A DNA stretch of 47,307 nucleotides, counting the filler, from Dimargaris cristalligena (taxonomy: Eukaryota), in NCBI GenBank assembly GCA_003614675.1. It is 2 parts of 2 records of this genome, joined end to end, with 100 filler letters (N's around TTAATTAATTAA, not from the genome) between each part and the next. Parts side by side here need not be neighbours in the genome. Positions count along the whole stretch, not along the records: positions 1 to 23,623 come from ML002606.1; 1 more part is not named here. One strand, written 5' to 3'. Positions within the stretch are counted from its first letter, which is position 1; each line of letters opens with the position of its first letter. A program made the position numbers and the translations under genes. A model generated the notes under the pieces. It searched no databases. It saw only the letters and a list, made by a program, of their open reading frames with translations, and was not told where the DNA came from. This document shows, piece by piece, positions 12,501 through 23,723 of this stretch.

Positions 12501-12991
12501 ACGGCCGGTGCCGGTGACATTTCAGCCATTCCATCAATATCTTTAGCCGGCATATCAGGCGACCCTTCACCACCACCACCTCCTCCGTCACCGACTGAGG
12601 CAGCCGAGTCCAAGTCACTACCAATCGACGACCGCTGCTTAAATATGGATTTCGATATTTTAGTGATGGGTTTCATTGCACTGCTACCACTGCGACTATG
12701 CCGTCCACTCGATTTGGGTTGGAGTTGCTGTTCTAATTTACGGAGCTGGGCGGTGAGGCTCTCGATGGTCTGGTCCCGAACCTCGCGGTCCTTCTCTAGG
12801 CGATGAATTTTGGTTTCGAATTCTTGACGCTCATAGTCCCATTCGTTGCGATCCAGGTCGAAGCGGCGCCATTCGGACTGGAGGTAATGGACGACCTGGG
12901 AGAATGTGAGAGTGGGCCGGGCATGGGCGGGTGGAGAGGGGTTTGAGGGGTCTGGGGTGGACGACGAATGGTAGGAATTGAGGTACTCCAT
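9515..12991 (-). CDS. STRN: Striatin family protein (STRIPAK scaffold; Far8/Pro11/STRN-like)
   Basis: N-terminal striatin motif TFSQVVHYLQSEWRRFDLDRNEWDYERQEFETKI plus coiled coil, a long low-complexity middle, and C-terminal WD40 repeats (GHLDPIRAI...TGSDDGLIKLWD; SADGTCRLWN; TGGADAVVKVF). First ATG is at 12991. Confidence 0.88.
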   Translation of the reverse strand: MEYLNSYHSSSTPDPSNPSPPAHARPTLTFSQVVHYLQSEWRRFDLDRNEWDYERQEFETKIHRLEKDREVRDQTIESLTAQLRKLEQQLQPKSSGRHSRSGSSAMKPITKISKSIFKQRSSIGSDLDSAASVGDGGGGGGEGSPDMPAKDIDGMAEMSPAPAVADSPPSLKSFQLRLEHARECLIEAQPPATDFNIVKDLVHHHVMAVERIAWQMYSVPIRVIGGSSGNTSVPSPGMIPLAPRDRLQPTDPVRLPPPPPSPSTLAPVPTSEPIPSVPMLNGAATDRNMATTINGLAPARGDNGLVTEHRPTMIAADDDVGEELSLNADGPDPDRFSELPGAPINPDMDPYADEAREEVYEESNGICPVEQIAETPGHLNPQPHGGTYSVRSAADSPVTMALGMVGGGGATSATLPSRMHSSKVAQALTASVIPEMPYSQDTLSYAQNRGKRRATVLPTDPNGPHHPSQLPLSSSPAAATPGNPTKPTTSTAAAKMSARLTKSLYAVRNRKSTDSQDSLSETDSIGTDGSVSRRSVSSMKRLMSKLIPGPLQSRTISGISTALHTSQSAPALVAGVGVSQRRSTSFTPGMNQTLLPSPSTRSLTAPGVPQRRSESEGLSTIATSSHSMVEQSELAAISVAYGDDSLSRPLSPDEFVDASVAIAPTNHGDNSDTATDSLLLSSTMKPRSSLSPAWDLTTSSTETDPGPHQPSGHPAHQLRSSSTSNQRSSPRSAHHPSSAHRVSTSPPGANGSKLPGLTPNSPTTMVLTSASSPTRPLINGGEPIDHTNHRSTRTDARNFPMWKMHSAMYGHLDPIRAIDIDPESLLVVTGSDDGLIKLWDLNKARSSHKSQRRSGSDYTSLYNLRGSIHRVTAVAYSPKQRRCFAGSSDGRVRVWDLPLDVHQPGSSSLNFSEQKMDEHQNVVWEIALHPQDPHAMATISADGTCRLWNTRDITEASLHQFLYLLPGSDAQSSDTNGDAALPPSAAAEGSLAIPTSVTFPASNPHQLLVGYENTHIRVYDTIHGTCALQMALDPANGYSRAKINKLTVYPSDSLLVAALEDQTLRFLDLRSGKQIGLVHAHLEAVTTVDVDYTGYCTVSASTDCTLRWWDRRTFNCVYHQEAHRLKNDEGIVSMRAHPRRPWVLTGGADAVVKVFTAG

Positions 12992-15138
12992 AACTTGCCC
13001 ACACACACACACACGATAAAGAGGGGGGCAACAATAATGCGGCGGGGAGTGTGGATAAGTGTGGTTGAATAAGAGAGAGAAAGAAGGGGAGGCTTAATAT
13101 GATATGACTATGCAGAGGCGAGTGCAAGTCTAGGTTCTATAGGAGAAGGGCAGAGGGGAGGGAGAGATACGGGCAAGGTAAGGTAAATAAACGAAAGGGG
13201 CGGGGGGAGAAAGAGAGGGCTGTTTGAAAAAGGGGGCGGGCTGTGAATATAAGAACAACTATAATCAACACAAGTCCAGTTTGACAACCCGCTGGACTAG
13301 TGGGATTTCTTACCCACTACAGGCACCAACGCAAAGTGGGCGATGGCTGACAGGGGGGGTTCGTGTGAACTGGCAAAAGTCTGAAAGATAGATAGAGGAG
13401 TACAGTCGTCAGTCAGTGAACGGCTACCTCCCAAGACCAACTATTATATTCGTTCACCCAAGGGAGAATACACTAAACGAACGGTGGTCCCAACAGCGTG
13501 AGTGACAAAAGGTGTAGAAGAATACAGTAGAAGTGAATGTGGTGGTATAGCATAAATATATATGTAAAAAGGGATCCTTTTGTCCACACAAGATAAGTCA
13601 CCGGACCACGGGATTCGGTGACAGTTGCAGCAGCAATAGGGCGGGCGAAACTAGACGGTATACAGGTTACACCCAAATGAGCACGACTAGCAAAGCGGGC
13701 AGGGGGTAAGTAGCATTCTAGACGAATGAGAGAATGTGAGGACACGAATATAGTAGAGTGGAGGGGGTCAAGTGGCGGGGTCCTCTGCAGGATGAGAAAC
13801 GAACCAGCGGTGGCGGACAGGGAAATAATAATAATAATCAAATAAAACAACCCAGCTATTCGAATTGGCCAAAGTCCGGCCGATGGGAGAGAGCAAGAGG
13901 GAGAGCTGAGGTGAATAGCGGCGGGATAAAACAGAAACAATAGGAAAGTGAAAGTGAAAGTGAAAGAGAGAGAACTAGGAGCACAGCCCAACTAGTCAGA
14001 AATAAGTAATAATGTGTAGTAAGTAGTAGTAGGGAGGGAGGGTGGGTATAAGCGCATATAGCCAAGCCCCAGGTAGAAGAAGCATATATACACATATATA
14101 TATATATATATAGGCGGGTATAGCAATCCGGCTGCATCCCTTTACCAGCAATAGTGCATCGCAGCACTCCCCCCTCCCCCCCTAAAATGCCCTAAAACTT
14201 CTAATAAACATTTAGTTTCGCCTCCTCCCTCTCTTGTTCTTCTTCCCTTTCTTATTGTGCTTCCCAAAGAGATTACTGTGGCCGAAACACTCCCGCCACG
14301 GTAGCCGAAAAGCACACTATACTCACACACACCTATATTTATCACATTTATACCCCGCATACTTTGCGTAATATCTGGCTGGCATCGGGGCTGAAAAAAT
14401 AAATACAAAGATGGCAAACAATAATATGGGTGAAATTCAGCTTTGCTGTAATAAGAAGGTAAAAAAACAACAACTATATGGGACAATATTCGGTGTATAT
14501 TTTGAAACCCAGGATTACCTGCTATTTATCAGACGGATATTTCGTTATACTGCTAGGCTGATCCACTCCCATATATTCAATAAAGACTGCGCTTCGGGAT
14601 AGTCACGGCCTACTGACTGGCTATTTGTCACGCCTGCCATTGGAACTTTACTATATCAAGTGCTCAACACACTACACTAACAGCCGCCCGCCCACTAAAC
14701 TTCCACTACTGTATCAATACTATCTGCTCGCATTTGAAAGGTATATATTATTCTTATTTTCAAGTCTCACTAATTGGTATGTCCCCTATATAAAAGGATT
14801 CGGGCGATTGCGAAATATAAAAAAAAAATAGTCAATAAATGCTCACATGTGTCAAATCATAAATAAAGGGATGGATGTGGCCTACAAATAATATATATAT
14901 AATTAAATTTTGAAGCCACTACATGTATATATATATATAAATGACGAAATGGGCACTAACTGAGCAGATGGGCATTATTAGAAAACAGCTGGGGGAGGGA
15001 GCTACTAAATGGGAGGGAGGGAAAGCCCAACCATGGGTGGCGCATTTATATTTTTATATAAATATATATCAGACGAGAGTATATAATCACCCCCATCCCT
15101 ACATACACCATCCTCGTTCGATAAAAATCATGTTCGTT

Positions 15139-17589
15139 CTAGTTATGGATATTCCAAGTGGACAGCCACTTCCGCGACGTTAATTCCTTCGCCGGATAAT
15201 CAAACCCGAAGGTGAACGGCGAGAAGTACATAAACACCGCCGCGGCCATGGCCGCGAACCCCAGAATCATTGAATCGTGGAATTTACCGTTAAACAGCCG
15301 GCGTCCGAAATGGTCCACCATGAAAGCCAGGAACAGCATGGCGAAGTAGACCGCGGGGAAATAATGGTGTAGATAGGTGACTCGGCCCATGATGAAGAAG
15401 GGGAAGTAGTGGAGGGCCCATCCGCCCCACAGCATTTTCGAGGTATGAAGGAATTGGTCCCATTCGCCGTCGGCTACGATAACGGCTTCACCAGCACCCG
15501 GTCCGCTCTTGGTGGTCGGTGGCGGAGGCGCCCAGTCGACCGATTGGTAACCGCGCACGCGGCGCACCGTGTAGTACAGGAGCAGGAAGGGGAACACCAA
15601 GAGGGCGGCCGTACTCGTCCACCAAATAAACGGATTACCCAGTAGATAGTACTTGACGCGGGCATCGTCCCAGCCGCACATACGCAGACCCAGGATCAAG
15701 AAGGGCCACTCGATGGGTTCGGAAGACAGAATATCAATCTTGTCCCGGTTGGGCACCAGCGCGTTGTTGGTCACGGCCATGGCCACGTTGAGGTGGACGA
15801 GGTCGTCCAGGAAACTCGACTTGAACATGCTGGGGGGAGCGGCCTCCAGTTTTTCGTGGCGGTGGTACTCGACGTTCCACAGGTTGGAGGTATCGTCGCG
15901 ATTCTTACGGTCGCAGGTTACTTCCTGTTGCTTGTAACCCCACTGCGGCAGGGTATCGCGGTTAGAGCGGAGTAGGCAACCCAGGCGCACGTGGCGCAGG
16001 CGGAACCGGGTGAGTAGGGAACGGATCTGGTCGGGCTTGTTGCTCTTGCCGGTCTGGACATCATCGTAGATCTCCACCTTCCAGTGGTCAAAAACATCGC
16101 CGAGGGTACGGTTTCCGTAACCGCTCACTTCGTAGTCCGTTTTGGTAACGGGGGCCTCGATGGCGTGGCTGTGCAGGTTAGCGCCGGTGTTAACATGGGC
16201 CAAACGCACAATCGATCCCTCGCGGATGTACTCGATACCTTCTTCAGGGATCTCGGGTTCGCCGTGGGGTTTAAGAATGATGAAGTTGTTGTTGTCGTCC
16301 TTGTGGCTGTAGCAAGTGATCTGCTGCTGCTTGGAACCTTCGGGATATTTGTGGGGATGAGAGTGCAGTAGACCACCGCCGCGGGGGTTGCTCTTCAGGG
16401 TCACCGTAGAGCCGAACGCGACGTTCAATGGGTTCTCCTTGAGGTTAGAACCCTGAAGCTGGGCCTGGAACAGGGAGGACATGGTGGCATCACCGGACCC
16501 ACTGCGGCGCAGGATAAAGAAATGGATCTTGAAGCAGATCATATAAATCAGGATAGGCAGGACAATGAGGCCGACAATACGACCGGTCCAGTGGTAAGCA
16601 TACCGGCGCCAGTTGAACTTCTTTTCGCCCAACATCCAGTAGAGCTGCTCGATGGTGTAGATACCAGCCAGGCTGACCACGAAGAAACCGACCCACTTGC
16701 TGCTGGACACGAGCCCCAGCGATCCACCGGTCAGCAGCAGCCACTTCCACCAGTGGAAGGAGAAGGGGTGGTGCCGTTGGTTATGGAAACCAGTCAGACA
16801 GTACAGGCTCAGGGCGGTAAAGAAGAGTAACATGGCATCCAACAGAATAAAGCGACTGATGGTGGCCAGGGCGTTATCAAAGAGCACGAACACAGCGGCC
16901 AGAATAGCGGCATTGCGGGACATCTTCAGGTTCAGGGCGGTGAAGTAGGCCAACGGGATCAGGCCCACGCCGAAGGCGGCGTTAAAGACCCGCATGACGG
17001 TGTAGTTGACGGTATCGGGGTAGTCCGCACCGGACTTGAATTCGAAATTACCGCGGTAGCCCCCCAACAGCCCGCTCAGCCCCACCAGCATCTTAGCTAG
17101 CGGTGGGTGGACATCGTGGTAGAAGGTCCCCTTGAGGTAGTGGGAGCCGAACTTGCCAAAGTGGGCTTCATCCCACACCACAAACTTACTCGCGGAAATG
17201 CGGTAGAAGCGGGTGAACATGGCCAGCAGGGTCAGAATGGTCGGGATCAGCCAGTAATCATTCTCGTACCAGTACATTTTGAGCTGGTTGGGGCGAAGGG
17301 AAGGGAGGTATCAAGGGGGGATATGGTAGGTCATTTTTCGGTGTAATTAATATGAAATTAAGGGTTAGTCAGGGGCGTAGAAATGGACAGACGGTGATGG
17401 GGGTTGGATCCAGCAGGGGCCTGTTTAAAGGTACTCAGAGTTAGATGGAGGTTAGTGCGCTAGGCTCAAGACCACTCAGTTGAGTTGACTGAGGACGGCA
17501 ATTGTATCGTTACGACCCCTAATAGCACAAGTATCATAACCTGTCTGGCGCATAGAAGCCTGGGGCCAGATGAGATTAGGTCGTCCGGA

Positions 17590-17624
<35 letters not shown>

Positions 17625-17802
17625 GAAAGCCCAACAGCAGAACAATGCTTACCTTGCTATCGGTAGGACGGAGCGGAGTCCGGCCCACTTTTTCGGCATA
17701 CTCAGTGGAGTAAGCCAGATGACCTTCGTCCTGAGAGGGGAATACGGTCAGCGGAGTCTCCGCGCGGTGCGACGAAGCGTTCCGCCGCTTCGTACTATTC
17801 AT
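15139..17802 (-). CDS. PMT2: Dolichyl-phosphate-mannose:protein O-mannosyltransferase, PMT2 subfamily (2 exons, ~764 aa)
   Basis: Exons 17802-17653 and 17283-15139; the phase-0 intron reads AAG|GTAAGC...GACTAAC...CAG|CTC. Motifs: VVWDEAHFGKFGSHYL (PMT2-type), DVHPPLAK, SRFILLD, MIR repeats (LHSH) and YLHHYFPA. Confidence 0.93.
17594..17622. repeat. (AT)n microsatellite in PMT2 intron
   Basis: Uninterrupted AT dinucleotide run. Similar runs occur near 9276-9297, 14095-14112, 19564-19579 and 23324-23343. Confidence 0.9.
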
Positions 17803-19581
17803 GACGGCGGAGTAAGAAACCTACGCAAAAAAAGGTAGGGCGAGAGGAACACTGTGCAACAGTAACACACCGGTATATATGACGAAAAGATGGAAGAGTG
17901 ATCAGTCCAATGTATATATTTAAAAATAAACGTCCAAGCTGAGCAGAAGCAGCAGCAACGGGCTGAGGAAAAGTATAAGAACTAGGCTTATTACCCCTGG
18001 GAGTGGCAGCCTTTCAAGGTGCGGATGGAAGGAAAGGGGTGAAGAAGAGGAGGAGAAGCCAATAATAGAATCAACTAAAACTAGGGTGAAGAACCAGATG
18101 GGGAGAGGCTGGATGGGAGTGGGAAAGTAGAGCAACACCCAAAATGGAGAGACGCAAACCAACGAAAGAACAATAGGCCAACAGCACCAGTGGTCCAGAG
18201 TTCTTCTTAATAGCCTTCGTCATAAGGACGAAAACGGGCCTTTTTTCCCCTTCCAGGAAGCCCCGGCTACATAAAGGCTATTAAAGAGACGACTATTTAT
18301 TACCTACCGTTTAGACAAGTCCGCAATAATAAATGGCGTCGGGACCTGAGAAAATGTAGAGAACCAGCGGAGTTGTACGAGGTTGAATGATAAGATACGG
18401 GCGAACCAACTGGAATAATAACCACAGGCAAATACATATAAATATATTTTAGTACATGTATGTATGTGTCGACAACCAAGAAGCAACTCCGAGCCCGGCC
18501 AAGGCCCAAAGGATCTGCTGCCGATAACCTCATTTTCCATTCTGCACGCCGCTGTATACGTTGAAACCGGTCGGCTAAACAGGGCCCGTCCCAACTAGAG
18601 AAACCTCAGGGGGGTATGACTGAACAATATTACCCCATTAAATCGAGTGAGTGAGTGAGGCTCCGAATCAACGAGCAGTCCAGCTACCAATCCATCTGAA
18701 ACCCAACCCAACCCGCGTGTTCAATCCCCACCCAACTCCGCCCTGCCTGCCTGCCGTGTGTCCGCAAGGGTGGGCTAAATTAAGAAAGGGGCAATGGTTT
18801 GTGTTCAGAGTATACTTAGGGAACGGGTTTCAGCTGCCAGTCCACGCGCAAAAAAGGAGATGGCCTATTAGTCGATTCACCTTCCGTTTGCTGGAAAATC
18901 GGTTGGGTTGGACGTACTAGACTGAACAATGAGTAGTCGTCCAATTCGGATACTAAATGAATTATAGGCCACCATTATTATCCCAGCCCATCGATCCATC
19001 GCTCTCTCTATGGTTATGACCAGGGCCCGACAGCCATTAAGCCAGCGCTATAGAGTAAGACGGGCCGCCGTCGTTGTCGCAGGGGAATAGGATCTACCTA
19101 TGGTCAAAGTATGTTATGATAATCATCTTCCCCCGTTACTATTATCATTTTGGTTTGCGGCTATTCCATTACGCATGCTATAATGAACGGGAAGGGGGTC
19201 ACAATTCTTCATTATGCGATCCTTCCTCGTAGATTCATAATTGCTGCACAATGTTTCTCATGGATAGAAACCACACAACTCAGACTCCTTGCCCCCTCCC
19301 TATATACTCCAGGGCTGTTCAAAAGTAATACGGGATTACAGCGGTATGCATTAAGTCAAATCACATCGGCAGTGGCCGGGAACTCTATAGGGCTGCCCCC
19401 TGAAGGCGGGGTTTTCATTCGATCTATATAGCTCGTCCAGGGGATGTACGCCTATCACTAGCTTTTTTAATGATATAGTACTAGTCCCCAATAATCCTTT
19501 AAACATGCCAGCTACGAGTCGTTTAAGTCGGACCAAAGCCAGGGGGGGGCTGAGGGAATGACGATATATATATATATATCG

Positions 19582-19725
19582 AAATGGATGAAATTCAAAC
19601 CAGCTGTATAAGGTTTTACATAATACGTGTATGGGCGAAAATAGGTGAAAGTAACTTTTAACCAGTAATATTGGCCTTATCCAATGGATTTTCCGTTATA
19701 TAGCCTGAATAAACTTCTCCCAAAT
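19582..19725 (-). mobile_element. MITE-like dispersed repeat, copy A
   Basis: Its reverse complement aligns end to end with 31167-31309 (about 78% identity by manual alignment, one gap). It has imperfect terminal inverted repeats and sits next to an (AT)n run. Confidence 0.75.
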
Positions 19726-20097
19726 GGTTTATTGCAAATTGTAGCAAAAGACAAAACCCATCACCATCTCCATGCACACAATTCACCTCAAGGATTTACG
19801 CCGCCCAAACAAAGTCATAGATATAACGACCTGTATATACAGCAGTAGACCTGTAAAAAGAATAAACGATTCTCCGCACATGTTACTGCATACTCAAAAG
19901 GCCTGAGTAGATACCATTACAATGCTTCCATACACACGCTCATATGAGGAAAGACAAATTTCTAAATATACATGGACTGGTTAAGACTAATAAGTGAATT
20001 GAAACTATCAAAAAAGACCATTTTTATACTGTACGTGTGGGGAATTACATATAAAATGAAAATATAAAATGGAAACAGGTGTAAAGAGAGAGGGTGA

Positions 20098-20099
<2 letters not shown>

Positions 20100-20131
<32 letters not shown>
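20100..20131. repeat. (GA)n microsatellite downstream of SCD6 stop
   Basis: Uninterrupted AG/GA run. Confidence 0.9.
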
Positions 20132-20139
<8 letters not shown>

Positions 20140-20219
20140 AACGGGTAAGACGAGAGGGTGTGAGGAACGGAGGCGAGTGCAAATAATAATAAGAATTCAA
20201 CTATCTTTCCCAACCGAAT

Positions 20220-22438
20220 TTACGATCTGGGATGGGTCAAGACCTGGTTTTGACTGTCATAACGCTGACCGCCCTGGGTGTCCCCGTTCCCTTGGCCCCG
20301 GTGGTGGTGGTACTGGTTACCGTTACCATGGCCATTGTTGTAGCCATTGACATTCTGGTGATACGTCTGGTTATAACCACCACGGCCGCGGCCCCGACCA
20401 CCCCGACCTCCGCGGTTACCACCACTATAGCCACGGCTATTGTAGTTGTACCGGTGGTAGCGGTTGTTAGACTGGGCCTGACCGAAAGTCTCCACGTTCA
20501 ACTTGCGCTCCTCATGCATACGGGATCGACGTTCGTCGGGTCCCAAGTGCTGCTGGGTGACTTCAGTGCGCTCCTTGGTCTCGCAGGAAATGTTATCAAA
20601 GAAGGAACTACTCTTGTTGTAAAAAGTGTCGGCGGGGGGAATCACCACTTCTTCCGCGCCACTGCCACTGCCCTTCCCGGTAGTGGACGCTGATCCCTTG
20701 CGAGAGGTCTGGCTGGCCTGGGCAGTAGCGGCACTGGTTGCGATATTGGCAACCGCGGGGGTAGAAGTAGTAGCAGCGGGGGTAGAGGCGGCAGTGCTGT
20801 TGTCATCATCGTGCACAGCCAGCTTGACAAACTCCTTCAAGAGATCATCCTTATTGAACTTGGCGTTGGAGGATTCAAAGTCAAAGTCAGACTTGGGGAT
20901 ATAAATGCGCTGGTTGTTGTAGCGGTTACCAGTAGGCCGACGACGATAGCCGCGCCCCCGACCGCGTCCACGATAGCCACCTTCCTGACCAGAGTAGCCG
21001 GCATCCGATGAAGGACCGACATTCTCAATGGCACCGGAGTCGCTAGGACGGGGACCCTCGTTACCAGCGGAGGCCTGGTCACGCTGCGGCATCTGAGCAG
21101 AATCACGGTCATCACCCTGGATGGGACCAGAGGACATGGGTGGTTCGGGGCCTTGGCCCATAGGCTCATTCATGGGCGGAGGAATGGGCACTCCGTTGTT
21201 GAACTATTAGTCATTAAGAGGCAATTCATCAGCAGTAAAGAATACAAGGTGAGTTTTTAGAATTCACTATAATGACGGTCGGCCACTGCAGAGAGCACCA
21301 GTAGTTAAACTGGTAAGCCTTAACGTAGCTTGGAGATTCAGAAGGAAGGCAACATGAAATAATATCATCATCGTGGGTAAGACTGCGGCAATTAGGAGTC
21401 CGCGAGTTATCATCATTATCAACCCATGAGCAGGGTAGGGTAGGGGGAGAGGGGTTCTGACTAAAATACGCCGAAGTGATCGGTATACAAAAGAGAGGAA
21501 TCGTTGGTTAATAGAGAGTAGTACTTACGTGCTGAGGCATGGGCATATGGGGATGATTCCAGTAGGGACCAGCCACACCCGAGGGGGGCATCATGTAGTG
21601 AGGATGGGGCGGGCCAGCAGGGTAGCCGGGATGCGGGGGCATGCCGACAGGCGGGTAGGCCTGTTGCTGAGGGGCAGCATTGGAACGGGGAGCAGGGCCC
21701 GACGACTACATTCGAAAAGAAGGATATCCGCGAATGGGGCGATGGTTTGGGTAAATGAATGAAGCATGGTAAAGAAGAAGAGGGTTAGCAACATAATATA
21801 CTATCAGTATAAACGAATGTGGGGTCAAATAAATGGGTAAGGGATCCATAAGGGGGTCATTTTGGCCAAGGTCAGAAGGAAGGCAACATATAATTATTCT
21901 CAACAGCCACTACACGAAGTAGCGTTTAGACACACGTTTTCATCCGCAATTTTATCATCAGTCCAGGCTAGATCCAAAAATGAGAGGGAGCTGGCGTAAA
22001 GAACGGAAGTTGAGGGAGAGGCTGGAGATGAAGACCGGACCTAAGCAAGGTCGACATCATCCAAATCCTCTCCCTACACCTCCGTTAGTTCCACAACAGT
22101 ATATCCATTTATACATATATGACGCTTACCCCGAGAATAGCCGGGTCGTTGGGGATGGACGGGGGGGGAGGAGCGGGCTTGGGGGCTTCTTCGGGCTCTT
22201 CCAAACGAATGTCAATGACGTCAGTAGCGCGGAACTGGATGAACTCGAAGACCTCGTCAGACGCGGGGATCTCTTCGTCGGGGTCACCCCCCTTACGGCC
22301 CTCAGTGCCCATGGAGCGCACCTGCTCCAGAGCCACGGTCGAATCCTGCTCGTTAATCTCGTGCAGAATCCCCAAGTACCGGATGTTGGACTTGGAGATC
22401 AGCGAGATGCGCGAACCATACAGAGAGTCGGCCTTCAT
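20220..22438 (-). CDS. SCD6: Scd6/LSM14 (RAP55) mRNA decapping activator / P-body protein (3 exons, ~489 aa)
   Basis: Exons 22438-22130, 21705-21529 and 21203-20220, all phase 0 with GTAAG donors and TAG acceptors. Domains: LSm14 (GSRISLISKSNIRYLGIL...VRSMGTEGR), FDF (DFDFESSNAKFNK), FFD (YNKSSSFFDNISCE), TFG (EERKLNVETFG) and RGG repeats. Confidence 0.95.
21335..21420 (-). ncRNA. Intronic box C/D snoRNA, snR52-type guide for 18S Am420 (yeast numbering), in SCD6 intron 2
   Basis: Minus strand reads gata-ATGATGA(C)...ATGATGA(C')...TGTTGCCTTCCTT-CTGA(D)-atc, with a short GAT/ATC terminal stem. The guide is complementary to the conserved 18S sequence AAGGAAGGCAGCA (one G.U); the D+5 rule points to the A equivalent to yeast A420. 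Confidence 0.85.
21872..21961 (-). ncRNA. Intronic box C/D snoRNA paralogue with the same 18S Am420 guide, in SCD6 intron 1
   Basis: Minus strand reads cTGATGA(C)-TAAAATTGCGGA...ATGTTGCCTTCCTT-CTGA(D). The guide plus D box (18 nt) is identical to the intron-2 copy, and the sequence just after box C is similar. Confidence 0.78.
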
Positions 22439-23570
22439 GCTGGAGAAGATGGAAAGGGGAGGAGATGTTCTGATCTGAGAGTATATCTAGTGGCTAAGTT
22501 AGCTCTCTAGGCGCGTGTTCCGATTAATCGCACAGTTGGGAGACTGGATGATGAACAAGACACGAGGTAATAAACTCAGGCGTGGGCAGCGAGATGACGA
22601 CTGCAGATGGGAAAGGGCCCCACACACAACACAACTAAAACACCGGGAAAGGGACGAGGGAGGAAAAGCGAAAGTTAGCCTTACACAAAGGAAGGTAAAG
22701 GAAAGGAAAGGCAAGCGATGAAGAAACAAGCGGGACAAAGCCGAGGGAGGGGGAACTAATAAGAGAAGGGAAAGAAGGGGGTTTAACGAGGGGGAGGCAG
22801 TCCAGATGAGCAGCCTTACTACCAGTACTAGGAACTAGGCTTCCCCCCCCCCTTGACAGCATATAGCCAGCCAACATATACACTACTAGGTAGGATAGGC
22901 TGTATGCGCTGCCTATACTACGGAGAATGGGTCACCAGGGGACTGCCGCCTTTACCCTGTGGGATCCTCTTTCCCACCCAGCCGTAAAAAATAGTACCAA
23001 GGATGGAGCAATCACATTGGGTACAGTCCAGATAATCCCAACCAACTGTGGGCTAGTGAGAACTTACCGGAATGATGAACAAGGCCAGCCACTCGTGTCC
23101 CGCGTACAATAGCTAGGGCCGAAACTACAAATACAAGAAGAGGGGGAGGGGATTACCAAGAATGGTAGTCGAAAGGGGTGTGTGGATGGAGGCGGGGAAG
23201 AAAAGCACGCCCTCTCACAATAGGTTTACAAAAGATTCACTACTCTAAAAGAGAAGGGAAGAGAGGGAGAGGGCTTACTGAAAAAAAGCCCCCTCCCATT
23301 TCATCAAGTCTCCCCAACTATAAATATATATATATATATATACACCCCTAATCACAGCAAATCATCTCTCGCTGGCCGCCTGCGTCTTTGCAAAAATGAA
23401 TTCCCGATTTGCTACTAATAATTCCTATCGAATGTCCGCAAAGTGATTTTTTTTCTTCTCGTTAACACCAAATTTTCCTTGAGTAGAAATTTTTTTCCAG
23501 TTGTCACGACGACTTTCAGGTCAGCCGATCTGGCTAAGGCTCTACCAAAATATACCATCCTTATGGAGGG

Positions 23571-23623
23571 ATATGGCAGAAGTTCATCCAGGCTGTATAA
23601 CGAATAATCCATTTGAAGAGGTG
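23571..23623 (+). mobile_element. MITE-like repeat, copy C (5' part only, cut by contig end)
   Basis: ATATGGCAGAAGTTCATCCAGGCTGTATAACGAATAATCCATT matches the left end of copies A and B (ATATGGGAGAAATTCATCCAAGCCGTATAACGAAAAATCCATT), then runs into the N spacer. Confidence 0.7.
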
Positions 23624-23723
23624 NNNNNNNNNNNNNNNNNNNNNNNNNNNNNNNNNNNNNNNNNNNNTTAATTAATTAANNNNNNNNNNNNNNNNNNNNN
23701 NNNNNNNNNNNNNNNNNNNNNNN
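23624..23723. other. Artificial contig spacer: 44 N + TTAATTAATTAA + 44 N
   Basis: Exactly 100 nt and symmetric. The central palindromic 12-mer gives TAA stops in all six frames. Confidence 0.97.

Noticed and set aside
23668-23679. Palindrome TTAATTAATTAA as a biological site (e.g. piggyBac TTAA target)
   Set aside because: It is centred in a symmetric N spacer and is an artificial six-frame stop linker.
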